This document shows, piece by piece, positions 30,842-48,690 of a stretch of 64,000 bases of DNA. The DNA is taken from the NCBI RefSeq assembly GCF_009914755.1, contig NC_060941.1; one strand, written 5' to 3'. The number at the start of each line of letters is the position of its first letter. The first letter of the stretch is position 1. The DNA is from the human T2T-CHM13v2.0 reference genome, Homo sapiens. Under the pieces are notes generated by a model, which saw only the letters and a list, made by a program, of their open reading frames with translations, was not told the DNA's origin and did not search any database. Made by a program: the position numbers and the translations under genes.

Positions 30842-33428
30842 AGCTTAGTGGTTTTGTTTCATGTGTTTGTTTTTCTGGAGTGTCTGATGATTTTTGCTCT
30901 TCTCTTTGTATTGAGAATTTCCTCCTTGCCTGTCTGTGGACACAGTTTATCGTCTGTGTCTCTTGTTCTTGGTGAATGTGCGGAGGCGTTTAATGTGTGT
31001 GGACAGGTCTCTATCCCTCTTTAGCTGCAGTAGTAGGCTCCAGGGTACCTCCTTCTTTCTGAGCCCCAGTTGCCCACCACACTATCTGCAGTCATGGCTT
31101 CTTGCTGCATAGCAGAAGTTGAGATTGAGGGAAGGGGCTGCCTTGCCTGCCTGGCCTTCCAACTAATTGCCCTGAAGAAAGCCCCAGGACCCCGCCTGTG
31201 CCCTTGTTTCTACCTAGACTCTGGGTCTGGGGCTTCCTTGCCCCACCACATCTGCATAGCAGCCTTTTTCTGGGATGCCCTCTGGTTTACATCTTCTGCT
31301 CTTCTGGTTTGCCCCCACCTTGGAGAACTGACTAATATGGTACTCATCTTATTTCTTGGTGCTGTCACGAACTTAATATTTCAAGTCATTTTTATCTGGG
31401 TGTTCAGTCCACCCCCTTGTGGTGCCCTTCGTTAGTCTTCATAATGACTTCTTGAAAGCTCTCTGAGTCAGGCCAGGTTGCTTCTGAGCTCCACAGCAAG
31501 CTGGTAGAACTCATACTTATGAATAGTGCTGAATAGTTCTCCACACTTGAGTCATTCACAACTACAAGGGCCCAAACAGACAAAAAGGATCCTTATAACG
31601 CGTGGAAGGTGCTTTTCTCCATGAGCTGCTGGATAAATGAAGCCTGTCATTTCTTGCATACTGCAGCTTCTCAAGCACTTTCCTGGGACTCCAAGGAGAC
31701 CAACGTGTTCTGGCGCCGTGAGAGGAAACACTGGCAGTTTTGATACCAGTGCCATAAAGAATCAATGCACAGCCATGGAGTACAGAGAGACATAAGGCAT
31801 CCTTTTGTTCAGCTGCAAATACTGCATTCCAGGAGAGCCAGTTCTGAGCAGGGGGCAGAGGGAGTAGCCACAAAATGGCCTTTGTCCGAACTCCCATAAA
31901 AAAATTCCAGCCAGTGGGAGTGAACACAGACACAGTCCAGACAGTCGATTGTAGATGTCCTGGATTTTGGCTTTTACAGTGAAACTATTCCAGGAATTCA
32001 TGGACCGTGGTCTATTGAAGGAGGAGGAAAGCAAATACCTCCTCAAAAAAAGGTGCCACTTGCAAAAAAAGTTGATTTTTATGGTTGAGGATTTATTGCT
32101 TACTAAGAACTTGGTATCTAGAAAATTGGGTGAGTTTTTATTAGTGGTGTATAGATACAGCCAAAGAAAAGCACTTCCCCCCTTTATCTCACCCTCACGC
32201 CTATCCTTAGTTCTCTCATACACACACAGACATGTGAATTCAGCTAAATAATCTTAAAACTGTGTTACATCTTTGGAATTACAGATACACTTGTAAAACT
32301 TGTTCACTAGGTAGGTATTATTATTCCTATTTTAGAACTGGGAAAAATGAAAGATCCAAGAGTTTAAGTACCTGGATGAAGGTCAGCTGGCAGAGCTGCA
32401 ATTCTAACCCGGATCTGTCTACCTGCACTACCTGCATTCCAGATCTACCACACAGGAGCCTCATTGCTAAAAGGAAATACTAGCTTAGTGGTGGGACTGC
32501 CCAGGTCCGAATCTTGCCGCATTTGCCCAAAAGCTATGAGATAAGTACATCTCTGTACTTTGCCTTTCCCAGCTTTATGATAGACATGATGGTCATGCCT
32601 CCATCATCATTGGAGCATAGAACTCTGGAAGCATTTAATGATGTAAGATGTGGCGTAGAACAAACAGTACCTAGTACTTGCTGAACAGCAAATGGACCTA
32701 CTTCAATTGTGTCAAGGGCCACAGAGGAAAAGCCTACCCAGGATCAGTAGGATGAGCTTTGAAAGACTTTTCCGGCTTGGAAGCATTTGCAGTGATGCAT
32801 TCATTTTGAGTCACTTTAGATTAGTTACATACAATCAGAAGGTGGCTGGTCAGATGAATGCTACTCAGGCATTAACTGAGCTCAGATACCATCTTAAGTG
32901 CTGACCACCGCTAGGCAGAGTGGCGAATATGGACAGAGAACACCCTGGTCTTGCTTTCCTTTCTTCTAAGAAGATAAGATTTGTTTCATAGACTCTAGGG
33001 AGAGAGTGTGCTAGGAAGCACCGTGAGCAAAAGTCGTAGGATCTAGGCCTGAGGCCATCTCAGTCACTAAATGGGGGTCTTAATTTCTTCATTTGTATAG
33101 ATGGGGAAGGGAAATGAATTCACATTGGAATTTTCTTACAAATCTAGAAATACGTAATTCTGCAGTTCAGTTTCTTTGCAAAAAAATGAACCTCATTTGT
33201 CTCAAGGCCAGTCTCCAACCAACCACCATACAACTTAGAAAATTCAATCTTTGAATGATGAATGGCATCTCAAATTGAATTGAAAAAACTTTAAGATGTC
33301 AGACCAGAAACAGCAAGAACAAACTTTTGCAAAATAATAACAGATTACAGTAAGACACAGCTGAGTTCTTAGGTGGTGAATTCACTTTCTTGCCTAGTAC
33401 AGAATTTTTTTTTAAGAATTTCACCTTT

Positions 33429-33740
<312 letters not shown>

Positions 33741-33993
33741 TCACCTTTAATGATTCATTTCCAGTGACTTGGGCACATCATTTAATTTTTATGAAGCATG
33801 AACTTTTTGTTAGTAGAAGGGTAGGAGCAGGGCGTGGGTTTAATGCTTACATTAGGAATCACCTCTCTGTTCCATCCCAATCCACCTGAATTACTCAGAA
33901 TGTTGTCGTTGTCACCATCATAGTAGACGTCATCTGTTGGTCACTGTGTCTCAGGTGCCTAAAATATCCTTATGTAATTCTGCAAAGGAGAAG

Positions 33994-33994
33994 T

Positions 33995-34025
<31 letters not shown>

Positions 34026-34311
34026 GAGACACAGTTTCACTCTTGTTGCCCAGGCTGGAGTGCAATGGCGCAACCTCGGCTCACTGCAAACTCCACCTCC
34101 TGGATTCAAGCAATTCTCCTGCCTCAGCCTGCTGAGTAGCTGGGATTACAGGCACGCATCACCACACCCAGCTAATTTTTTGTATTTTTGTAGTAGAGAC
34201 TGGGTTTCATCATGTTGGCCAGGCTGGTCTCAAACTCCTGACCCCAGGTGATCCACCCGCCTTGGCCTCCCAAAGTGCTGGGATTACAGGTGTGAGCCAC
34301 CACGCTGGGCC
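33994..34311 (-). mobile_element. AluSq/Sx-like
   Basis: Dimer; TSD AGGAGAAG. Confidence 0.9.
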
Positions 34312-34479
34312 AGGAGAAGGTTTAAAGGTAGTTCCAACTGAGGAGTAACTCTCCCATTCTGTTTTAGAGTTTTCATCGTAATGAAACATTTTGATACTGT
34401 TGAAGTTCAGTTATTTTTATAAATATTAATATATTGATAATCAATAATAAATACAGTTAGTTCTTGTCATCTTGACATT

Positions 34480-35309
<830 letters not shown>

Positions 35310-35359
35310 TAGTTTGAAAGCTATGGTCTTGAATAAGGAAACAGAATAATACACACGTT

Positions 35360-35580
35360 GAGAGCAAGAGTTTTAGAGGGAGACTACCTGTGCTCGAATC
35401 CTGGCTTGACCACATACTAAGTGGCCAAATTCTTCTTCATGTATTGGCTTTATTTCCTATGAAACTGGACAATAAAAGTACTCACTACATAGGATTGGCA
35501 TGAGGACTAAAAGAGTTAAAATATATAAAGTTCTCAGAACTGTGCCTAGCATGGAATAAATGCCCATAAATATCAGCTGG
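35360..35580 (+). mobile_element. MIR SINE
   Basis: CTCGAATCCTGGC…GAGGACTAAAAGAGTTAAAATATATAAAGTTCTCAGAACTGTGCCTAGCA. Confidence 0.7.
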
Positions 35581-36929
35581 TTTTCTTCACCTCCCTCCCC
35601 TGCCCTGCCTTTCTTGAGGGAGATAGAGAAAGAAAACCCCAAACTGAGAAGACCCCATTCTGCGTTTCCATACTTGAAAAAGCAGAAGCAATTCCCCCAT
35701 TTTCCATCTAACAAAGAAAAAAATCAAATAAAGCATTAGAATATTCAGTTGGATAATAAATATGCGTACTTGTGAGTTTCTAGAAGTTTCTGAGACTATT
35801 TCCCCATTCACTTCTGTAATAACTTATTTCCACTGAACTTCCATATATCATTTGCTTTTTATGAAGCTTGATACTCTGCTCACTGGAAGAGTAGGAAATG
35901 GGAACGAGGCTGATGTTTACACAATGTGTGGCCATACCTTTTTGGCCCAGAGCTCAAAGATATGATTCACTGTGTCATACATAGCTGTTTAATCCCCAGA
36001 GAAGTCTTCAAGAATGCACCTGCCTTATAGTCTGGACCATGTAGCAGAAGAACCACCATCAGATGACACCTCATCCACATCACAATTCCATTTTCTTAGA
36101 GAATAAATAAACTCCTTTTCATAAGATTGAATTTGCAAACTGATGTGTATGGCTAGAGAGTAGCTGAGAATCAAGAGATAAGAAAACGTACAAATAACAT
36201 CATTAACAGTAATTTCAAGGATTTATTACTAAGAATTAATAATATTCACTTTAAGTTTACTTTCATCTAGTAAACAAGATTCTTGAAGGTATCAAAAGAA
36301 AGAAGATTTCTGCTTAGAGTTGGTGTTTGGAAAAATAATAATAATAATGAACTTTATTTTTCCCACCATCCCTTATTAACATTAGAGCTGGCCCTGTCCC
36401 TCTTTCCAAGGATGATTGAGGTGACCAAAGAAGGACGAGAGCAAGACAGTTTGCAGGAGATGGCACAAGGCTTATAAGGGAAGTTGCTTTCAGCCCAGGA
36501 ATGGGAAAAGATAGCCACATACATTCACAGCTTGCATCTTCATTTGAAATTACAGCATCAGATCACCTAGGAAATAGTAGCACAGGGATAGCAAATACAT
36601 CAGTTCACCATATCAGCTCGCGTTCATTGGTGGTGATCTCTGGAGCCCTGTTGGGAAGGGTTCTGCAACCGAGATCTGTGGGACACAGTGCCAAAACATA
36701 AATTGGTAAATTATGACTCCACCTGGGTGCTGTGGTGCTTTTTATGCTGTGATGCTCCACCTGATGCTTTTTATGCGTCCGCTCATTGCTTCCTCACAAT
36801 GGGCATGATTAAGATTGCCATTTTATTGAAGAAACATGCACAAGATCACATTGATTAACAAAGCTAATTGCTAATACATGTCCTTGGATATTGTCAAGGT
36901 GTTTTTTGGTCAGAACCCCCTGGCTGGGA

Positions 36930-37150
36930 GCCAATACATTTGAATATAGTAGCTCCTGGTTATACCACTTGATAGCCATGGGACCTTGGGCACTTTTCTT
37001 TAACCCTTCTATACCTCCACTTCACTTAATAGAGGTGATAAATAGTTCCCTATTGCAGGGTTGCTGTGACTACGATAGTGTTGTGGAAAGTCTTAGCATA
37101 GTGCATGGCAGACAGTAAGTGCCCAATAAAAATGTCAGTTTTTATTATTG
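36930..37150 (+). mobile_element. MIR SINE
   Basis: GACCTTGGGCAC…TTAACC…CTTAGCATAGTGCATGGCAGACAGTAAGTGCCCAATAAA. Confidence 0.7.
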
Positions 37151-38969
37151 CCATTATTAGCTTTCCAGGGTGCACTGAGAGTCACTAATGCTGCATTTCT
37201 GGCCCCACCCAAGCAGTTAGCATCCAAAGTCCCTTGATGGGAACATATTGCAGACTCAGCCAAAAGGGATGTAGCTCACTCTTGGTGGATAAACTTTTAT
37301 CAGACTAAGTTAAACTGCACCTCAGGCCCAGATCATATGTCTTTATGGAAAAATCATCAAACTATACCAAACGGTGCAAAACTCCTTTACCGATTTCCTT
37401 AGGAATTATATCAGGTATATAATTGGAATATATGTTATTTCATTTTATGTATTCCATCTTTTCCCGTGAATTGATCACTCCTGCCATCTTGGGGCTCCAG
37501 CAGCCTGCCCGCAGCTCTCTCAAGCACTTGTCAGATTTTCCTGACCCAGTGAGGTTGGCATCATTACAACCACTTTAAAAATGGGAAAATTAATGTTTTG
37601 AGAGAGTAAGTAAATTTGCCAAAGTCCACAGAGCTAGCAAGCAGCAGACCCAGGCTTCATCCCAGGCACCAAAGCCTGTTCCCTAAACCAAATGGTAGAC
37701 TTCTAGCATAACCTTTGCAGTGGCTACATCTTGTATCCATTGTATCCACTGTGACTGAACCAGTATTTATTTGGCCAATACCCCATTATTGCGCATTTAT
37801 AATGTTGCCAGTTTTTCCACTATTATACCTGTGACATCAGATACCCTTATATACTCTTTGGTTATTTTCTTAAAACAGTGTCCCTAGAAGGGGAATTGCT
37901 GGATTAAAAGGCTTGCTGAGTTTTTTAAGTTATTGATAAATAATGACAGATTGGCCTCCAAAAATAATCTATCATTTAAAACTCCCACTAATGATAAATG
38001 AGTGTTAATTTCCCTTTTCTTTATTATGTGTTCCTTTAATCAACAAGAAACTTAAGCACCTATAAATGAACCATAGTTCATTTATATGTGCTGATTTTTT
38101 TATTATTGTAATAGGTGAAAAATTATACATTTGTTTAGTGGTCCTCCAATAATCCAAGAGAAAGGCAGCTAAGAAAATTCTACGGAAGAGGAAACAGATA
38201 TGCTGTGAGTTTCAGTAGCACATCCAAGGTCGCGCAGCTGGTGAGGACAGAGCTGGGATTAAAGCCATCCAGCTCCAAAAGCAGTGCTCTCGCCCTTCTG
38301 CCTCCCTGCCAACCCCCTGGAACCAAGAGTATCCAAGGGTTTTTGTGCAATTTCCTGTCCCTTCCCCCACAAGCTGCATATTTTGAGCAAAGTCAGTAAG
38401 GGGAAACAAGGGGAAGAGCTGACGGAAGAGAAAGTCGAAATGGGGTGATACTTTACAAGCTTCCAGGCTAACTTGAATGTCATGGATATCCTGATTCTGT
38501 CTGCCTGAGGAATCCCAGCAGCTGATAGATGCCAAGGCGATGGCTCTACAGTCCCGTGGCAAATGATATCGAAACTGAATCAGACTCTAGAAATCATCTG
38601 CACAAAACCCTTCATTTTTAAAATGTCAGTACAGAAGCCCAGAGGGAATGGCTGCCTGGCACCCTGTCAGGTGCTGAGTGACAGCAGCAGAGTGATTAGA
38701 ATCTGGGGCTTCTTAAGCTTCAGATCTGTTCTCCTTCCTTATATTCTTTTCTGAACAAGCTCAGATGGCTCTTGACCCTTTCCACTAATAACCAGCCCTC
38801 TTCTCATCTTGGCAGTCCCAGTACGAGAAGGAAAGGCGAGGTCCCTGTCAGGTATCTGGGATTTTTATCTCTATCTCTCACCCTTCACAATCCTTCTCAT
38901 ACAATTCAAAACTCCTCTGTTGAAAAAAAAAAAAGAAAAAGAAAAAGAAAAAGAAAAAAACAACAATAT

Positions 38970-39075
38970 TCCCAGCCCTCTGGGAGGTCAAGGCAGGAGG
39001 ATCACTTGTGCCCAGGGGGTTGAGACCAGCCTGCTCAACATAGGGAGGTCTCATCTCTACAAAATAATAATAATA
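38970..39075 (+). mobile_element. FLAM/Alu left-monomer fragment
   Basis: TCCCAGCCCTCTGGGAGGTCAAGGCAGGAGGATCACTTG…TCATCTCTACAAAATAATAA. Confidence 0.75.
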
Positions 39076-39603
39076 CTATAAAAATTTTAAAAGAAAAAAC
39101 CACCAACAAAACCACAAACTGGAAAAATGTTTGCAATTCGTATTCAGATATATATGCCGATATTAATTCATAAGGAGGTCATACATAAATTTTTGAAAGA
39201 TAATTCTATGAAAAATGGCAAATGGAGATAAGCAGCCATTTCAGAAAAAAAGAAACACAAATGGCCTTACAAGAAGCAGAGTCTCACTCATAATTAAATT
39301 CAAATAAGAATAATAGCAATTACTAAATGATGAAAGAGCAAAAAAAATGATAACTCATTTTAAATAAAATTAGCAAACGTTTAGAAAATACCTGTCAATC
39401 TTTGGCTTCTCTTGCTTCTTTGTCGTGTTGTTCCAGTAACAGAAGGAAATGCTTGCCAGTATTTGCTTTACTGGTTAAACAATTTAATCTCTCTTGTCTT
39501 AATTCCAGTCAAATGAATAGAATAGTTTGTTTTTCTCCCAATAAATAAAATAAAACCCAGTTCTCATAAGGAAAAGATGTTTACTTAAAGCATAGCTTGC
39601 CTT

Positions 39604-42029
<2,426 letters not shown>

Positions 42030-43035
42030 AGCACAGCTTGCCTTAAAGTTTTCCATTTCACCAACATACCCGGCACTATTCAATTCTTTCCAGTATCTCT
42101 TGCCCCAGCTCTTGAGGATTAGGTTCCTTACAGCGGTGTGTGCTTCTTGACTTGCGGAACTGTTACTGCATGGATTTCCTTCATGTTTCTATATCTTCCT
42201 ATCAGATCCTCTTAGGAGTTTGTATCAAAAGAACTGGAAATAATAATAATATCATCCCAACAGACTCAAGGCAAGGAGAACAGAAGCTACTGTCATCTGT
42301 CATGGAGAAGGAAACTCGAGCTCAGAGCAATTGAATGATCCAGGTAAGATACAAGTCCAGGGCTGAAGCATCCTGGTCCAGTGCCCTTTCTAGCACACCT
42401 CATGGAACAGGGGAGAATCCTTTTCCTTCTTTCCCCTTACTTGAGCCAGGAAGGTCAGGGAATTATTGAAACCTTCGTGAGATGATTCCCAAGAGAGGAG
42501 GGGCTGATCATCTAATTGATCTGTCTGAGTCTGAGAAATTCATCGGGTGAAATTTGACAAGAGGATGGGTAGTCACTGAACGAAATGTGAAGGATATCCA
42601 CACATGGGCTCTCTTTCCAGTCCTCTGCCTCCAAGCCTGGGTGATTATGTCCAGTCCCATCTACTCTGGACAGACCATCCTAGATCCGAGGAGCAGGAAT
42701 CAATGAGGTCTCCTGGATCAAAGCTACATTCAACTGTTCAGTTTTACTGGGGAGCTCTGCCTTGGGAGTGAGGAGGATTTGGTAGGTTCTTATGTGTTTC
42801 TCACTCTGTCTTGGCAGGGAGAAGGGGTGTGTATCAGAATTCAAGCATTAAAAGCCAGTTTGCAAATCCCTAGCTGCAAATCTCCATGGCTCTGCCATGC
42901 CCCACCTCCCGCAAAAGCCCAAGCCTTGCCTGCAGCTCGGGCGCTACTTCCCTTTTGGGAGAGAGACGCAGAATCTTAAGTAAGGTTAATTTTATGATCC
43001 AAGTGGACTCCTCAGAGCTTCTCAAATGGGGTTAG

Positions 43036-43531
43036 TGTGGCAAAAGCTGCTAGTTGACTACATTAACCCTTCCCTCCTTGGTAACAGAACTCCAAATGTG
43101 TACATTGTTAACTTTAAAAAAATAGACTACTTCCAGTCTTCCCTGCAGTTAAGTATGGCCTATGGCCATGAGACCAAGTTCTGGCCACTGAGACATGAGT
43201 GGGAGTGCTGTGTTGGGCTTACAGAAGGAAGGCTGCTTAAAAGAGCTGCCCGATATGAGAGGGGCTTGTCTTTCCTCCTTTCTGTCACCTGGAATGTGGA
43301 GGTCTTGGCTGAAGTTCTGTTAGCCATCTAGGACTAAATAATGAGGGAGCCACGTGCTGAAGATGGTGCAGCAGAAGATAAGAGCTTGGCATCCTGATGC
43401 CCATGAGCCCTCCAGCCTGAATCACCCACTTCTGGACAATGTGTGTGCGAGAGAAATAAACTTCTATCTTGTGTAAGTCACTGTTATTTCTTGGGTTTCT
43501 GTTGCATACATCTAATCCTAATCTTAAATTA
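43036..43531 (+). mobile_element. MLT1J-like MaLR solo LTR
   Basis: TGTGGCAAAAGCTGCTAGTTG…GTAACAGAAC…AAGTTCTGGCCA…GAGAAATAAACTTCTATCTTG. Confidence 0.75.
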
Positions 43532-44239
43532 GTGAGCCTTCTCTCTTTCTTCCCATAGCACTTTGATGGCTCATTGGGTTCTGCTGGATTATCTCTTTAC
43601 ACATATTTACATTTCTCTACTAGTCTATGGCTTTGGTAACAGAGGGGACCATATATTAGTCATCCGCAGGTGCCTGGTACCTTCCTGCCTTGCACACAGC
43701 AGGTACCTTTTGAATATGTTTGAATATTTGAAGGAGAGAAGGTCCAAGATAAAATTCAAAAGCTGTCTGGAGTTGGAATGTCCTATAACCTTCACCCCTG
43801 GGGTAACTCTTGCTCCTCTATAGACGATTCATGAAGACCGGCCCCAGGGTTTTCCTTGCTGGCAAACTCAACTAGCGGGGCCCAGAAAGAAGGGTGTAAA
43901 AAAGCCATTGTTGGCTCCCCTCCCACCCATCCAGGACCTTCCCCCTCACTCACAGATGACAAAGCCAAGGCTTTGTTTAGGCAAAGTGCAGCATTACATT
44001 TCTGACCTCTTGGTCCCCAACCAAAACTCTAGAAATGGAGAGAAAAAAAAGTCTCCATTCCCCCATTATTCCTTGCATATCCAAGTCAACATTTATTTAA
44101 AATATCCAAACACTATTTTGGTATAGTTTTCTCCCTCTCAGATTTCTACCCTGGTATTGAACCTTCTATCTCCTCTTCTATCAGCTGCACATTCAACATT
44201 TCCACCTCTTTATTTACTACTCTCCTTTTTTCTGTAAAT

Positions 44240-44960
44240 GAATTCATTAAATAAAATTATGTTGGAGGCACCCAATTAATGCTTCACATTGTACAAGGTG
44301 CTTGGAATATGAAGACAAAAAATATCATTCCAAGTTGGGTTTCTCCACTAGATGCAAACAAACAAAACACAACTTGGACGGTAGCTATCCTGGCGCTCAG
44401 TGCCACACACAGTGGTGGCCTTGAGGAAGGACCCCCTAAGCTTTTCCCAGACAGTTGGGAGAGGCTTTGTGGAGACAATGGAAATCGGGCAGACTCTTAG
44501 AGGACAAACAGGATTTCACCAGGATAAAAGGGGAAGGACAACGATTTTGTGCAAATGTGAGTCGAACGAGAAATACCCTATACGGTCTGAGCTCATGCTG
44601 AATGAGGCAGATTGTGGCAAGAAGAGGGATGGTCAGAGGTGCAGCTGGATTGATGGACAAAGGCCAGGCCAAGCAGGGTCCAGGGAGCATTATGTCCCAG
44701 TTTGCACTTGCACCTGTAGGCAGTAGAGAGACATGGAAAGGATTTGTGCAGTGGAGAACTGAAGTCCTCACCATTATGTCCCACTTTAGAGCAATCTTTC
44801 TGGCAAGAACATAGAGGATACACAGAAGTGAGGCCAGTAGCAGGTAGCACCCATGACGCTCTCGGTGAGAGGTGGTGGACGGGTCAGCATTGGAGAAGGA
44901 TGGATCTAAGAGATATTGAGGCCTTGGAAACAACAGGACTCAGTGCCCACTGAATGTGGG
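44240..44960 (-). mobile_element. L2 LINE fragment
   Basis: Purine-rich antisense L2 pattern ending …GGATGGATCTAAGAGATATTGAGG…CAACAGGACTCAGTG…TGAATGTGGGG. Boundaries approximate. Confidence 0.55.
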
Positions 44961-45689
44961 GGCTAGTTTGACTGTGTGAGAGGGTGCCTTATTGATAAAT
45001 GCAAGATAGAAAACACCCCATTTTTTCTCTTTTGTTTTCATATTATCCTACCTGAAAGAAGAAGAGGTTACAGATAGAGGGAGACATCTACGTGGCACAG
45101 GCAGCTCTCAGCAGAGGCTGAGCAAGGGGAGATGCCAGCCCTTCATTGTATGCTGCCCAGCCCTCCCCCTCCCTCTCCTGACTTCAGGCTAACCCATACC
45201 TATCTCCGCCTTCCTAAGACCTGACTTTTGCCCAGATAATCCTAATCTCTAATTTTGAGAGCCTTTCATTTCCAGATGATAACACATGGTGGACGATGTG
45301 CTGTCTCCATGATGTGAGCACCCAAGAAACAGGGGAGTTGGCACTTGCTTCTTTACTGACAGATGGTCAAACGCACAGTGGTCAGCACCTGTGAATCCCA
45401 GGGGAGGCCCCAGCTGGCCTGAACTCCAGTGCATGACAAGAGGGATGAGAAACATATCACTCTACAGGGCTCTGGCAGCATCCGGAACTGGCATACCATT
45501 GTCGAACAGAGTCCAGGGGTGTGTTGGGCACAAAGACGTGCCACACAGATGACCACGGGCCTTGGGGCTTGGACAACTAAGAGAGTTGCCTGGGCCAGAC
45601 CCATGCTCCAGCCAGCACAGTTCCATCCTGGCAGTGAGAAGGACTTCCTATTTGTACTACCTGGGGAAGAAGAGAATTTGTGGGTAAGT

Positions 45690-46106
45690 TGACATGGTTT
45701 GGATGTTTGTCCCTTCCAGATCTCATGTTGAAATATGATTTTCATGTTGCAGGTGGGGCCTGGTGAAAGGTGATTGGATCATTGCAGCAGATCCCTCATG
45801 AATGGCTTGGCACCATCCCCTTAGTTATAAGTGAGTTCTCATCCAGTCGGTTCATGCAAAATCTGGTTGTTTAAAAGAGGGTGGGACACACACCCCCTTG
45901 CTCCCACTCTTGTCATGTGATATATCAGCTCCCTCATGCCTTCCGCTATGATCATAAGCTTCCTGAGGCCCCACCAGAAGCTGATCAGATGTTGGCACTG
46001 CACTTCCTCTACAGCTTAAAGAACTGAGAGCCAATTAAACTTTTTTTCTTTATAAATTACCCAGCCTCGGACATTTATTATAGTAACACGGTAACAGTTT
46101 AACACA
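45690..46106 (+). mobile_element. MSTB-like MaLR solo LTR
   Basis: TGACATGGTTTGGATGTTTGTCCC…CTTTATAAATTACCCAGCCTC…TAACACA; 5-bp TSD TAAGT/CAAGT. Confidence 0.88.
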
Positions 46107-47977
46107 CAAGTTGAATCCCTCTTAGGCAGAAAATAAGAAGAATACATTTTCATATGAAAGCAAGTAAGTTAGGCATTCACACCTTGCTTGATGGAGATAC
46201 AGCAAGGGGTCCAGGTATGAAAAGTCTTAGACTCCTTCTGCCTCTTCTATTCATTCATTTATGGGAAGTTCCAGTTGAAGTCTAACCATGAAGGACCCTG
46301 ACCAGGAACCACGGACCCCTCTGGATTTGGCAAACTGGACAGATTATCCAGAGCCAAGCTGAATACGGTGTTCTGGCTGCTGCAGCTAAAACACTGTTGT
46401 CAATCCCAGAAAACTGTCGAGGCAACTGCCAAGGACATCTCCCAGCTGCTGTGTCCTCAAGCTCCAGTGAGAAGGCGTGGGTTAACTCTTTAAGTCTGGC
46501 TCCTGACTCAGTCCTTTAGGCTTGCCCGTGGGCACTCCCTTGGATTCAAGACTGGGCGTGATGCTTTTTGCCCTGTGACCACAAGGTAGTAAGATGTGTT
46601 CATAACATCCTAGAGGGTTAGGGCTGGAGTTGACTTCATCGTGATGTGGCTGAGGCCTTTATTTTATAGAGGAGGAAGCTACAGCAGAGAAGAGATGTGA
46701 CTCATTCTATGAGCTAAGAACTGTGCCCTGGCCAAGTAATGCTGGTGTAGCCAAAGATGTGTGGTCCAAACATCATCTAGAAAGTGTGTTTGTGTTTATT
46801 CAGCTCTCCATTGTGGAAGGAGACAGGGAGGGGATGCATCTGACAACTTCAACCAAACCCAACACTGGTGTGGCCCATAGTGGAGTAATATGTCTCCCAG
46901 TGAATGCAAGACAACCTCTAAGCCTAATTTTTTCATTGCTCTGAGTATTTGTTCACAAAACACTCTTGACTACTAGATCCCAAGGTGTCTTGATCGTAGA
47001 ACACAAGTTCCTTGGAAAGTGATATGAAGCCATAGAGATAGATATCCTACTATAGCCTCATATTCATTGGCATATCAGGCCCTTACGAGTTTGCTAAATG
47101 TGAATTACTTTTCCCAGAGTGAGATGATCCTTGTATCCATCCTTCTGCAAGGGTGACCCCACAGGCTCTGCCTGGAGGAGCCAATGAGATCTTCTCACTC
47201 TACTACCTCTCAATGACAACAAGCAGCAGATAGCTTCTCTCATCTAGTGGATGTTAGGTGATTTTGGTTAGTGTTGTCTCAGAAAAGTAGTGAGTGAGTA
47301 TGCCTCATGCACCACCAACCATGAACACTGACCATATATAAGGAGGCAGATCATAGAATCCCATTCTTTATCCAGTAGCTGATTAATCTTCAGATGCCCC
47401 CAATGCCCCATTCTCTACCCCTCATTCTTCTGAGTGATCCCTCTTTTCTCTTCTTTCTGTGCTCCAGTCTCCAATACGTTTTCTTATTCTTCCTTTCCTA
47501 ATAAAATGTCTCTCAGAAGAATTATCTGAAAAATGCCTTGGGGGCAATATCTGAGGCTCTTTTCTCTCCTCTCCATTCCCTCTGCCCCTGGCTTTATTCA
47601 TTCCCGCCCCTTTCCACACCCAGATATTAAAACAGCCCTGCAACCGGTTTCACTGCCTTCGTTGCTATCCGACTCAGCTCTGTTCTCATCAGGACACTTC
47701 CTTACCTAGATACAGTCAGTGGCTCCTCACTGCATATGGAATAGATTCTAGACTCCTTCATTCATTGTGCAGAGTCTTGCACAACCTGAACTCAGTGGTT
47801 CTTTTTAGTTTCATCTCCTTCTCTTTCGCCTTCATTGGCCTTCCCTCCGGCCAGCACATCCCTCTGTGTTTTTCCAGTTCTTACTTACACAGCCTTCCAT
47901 TTCCTGGCTTCATGCTCAATCTGCTTGGAATATTTTTTCCCCAACCCTCACTTCCGTTTATCTAAGTCTTACCCATG

Positions 47978-48690
<713 letters not shown>

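Noticed and set aside
31562-32251. Overlapping ORFs of 98-153 aa
   Set aside because: No recognisable homology or coding-like composition; consistent with chance ORFs.
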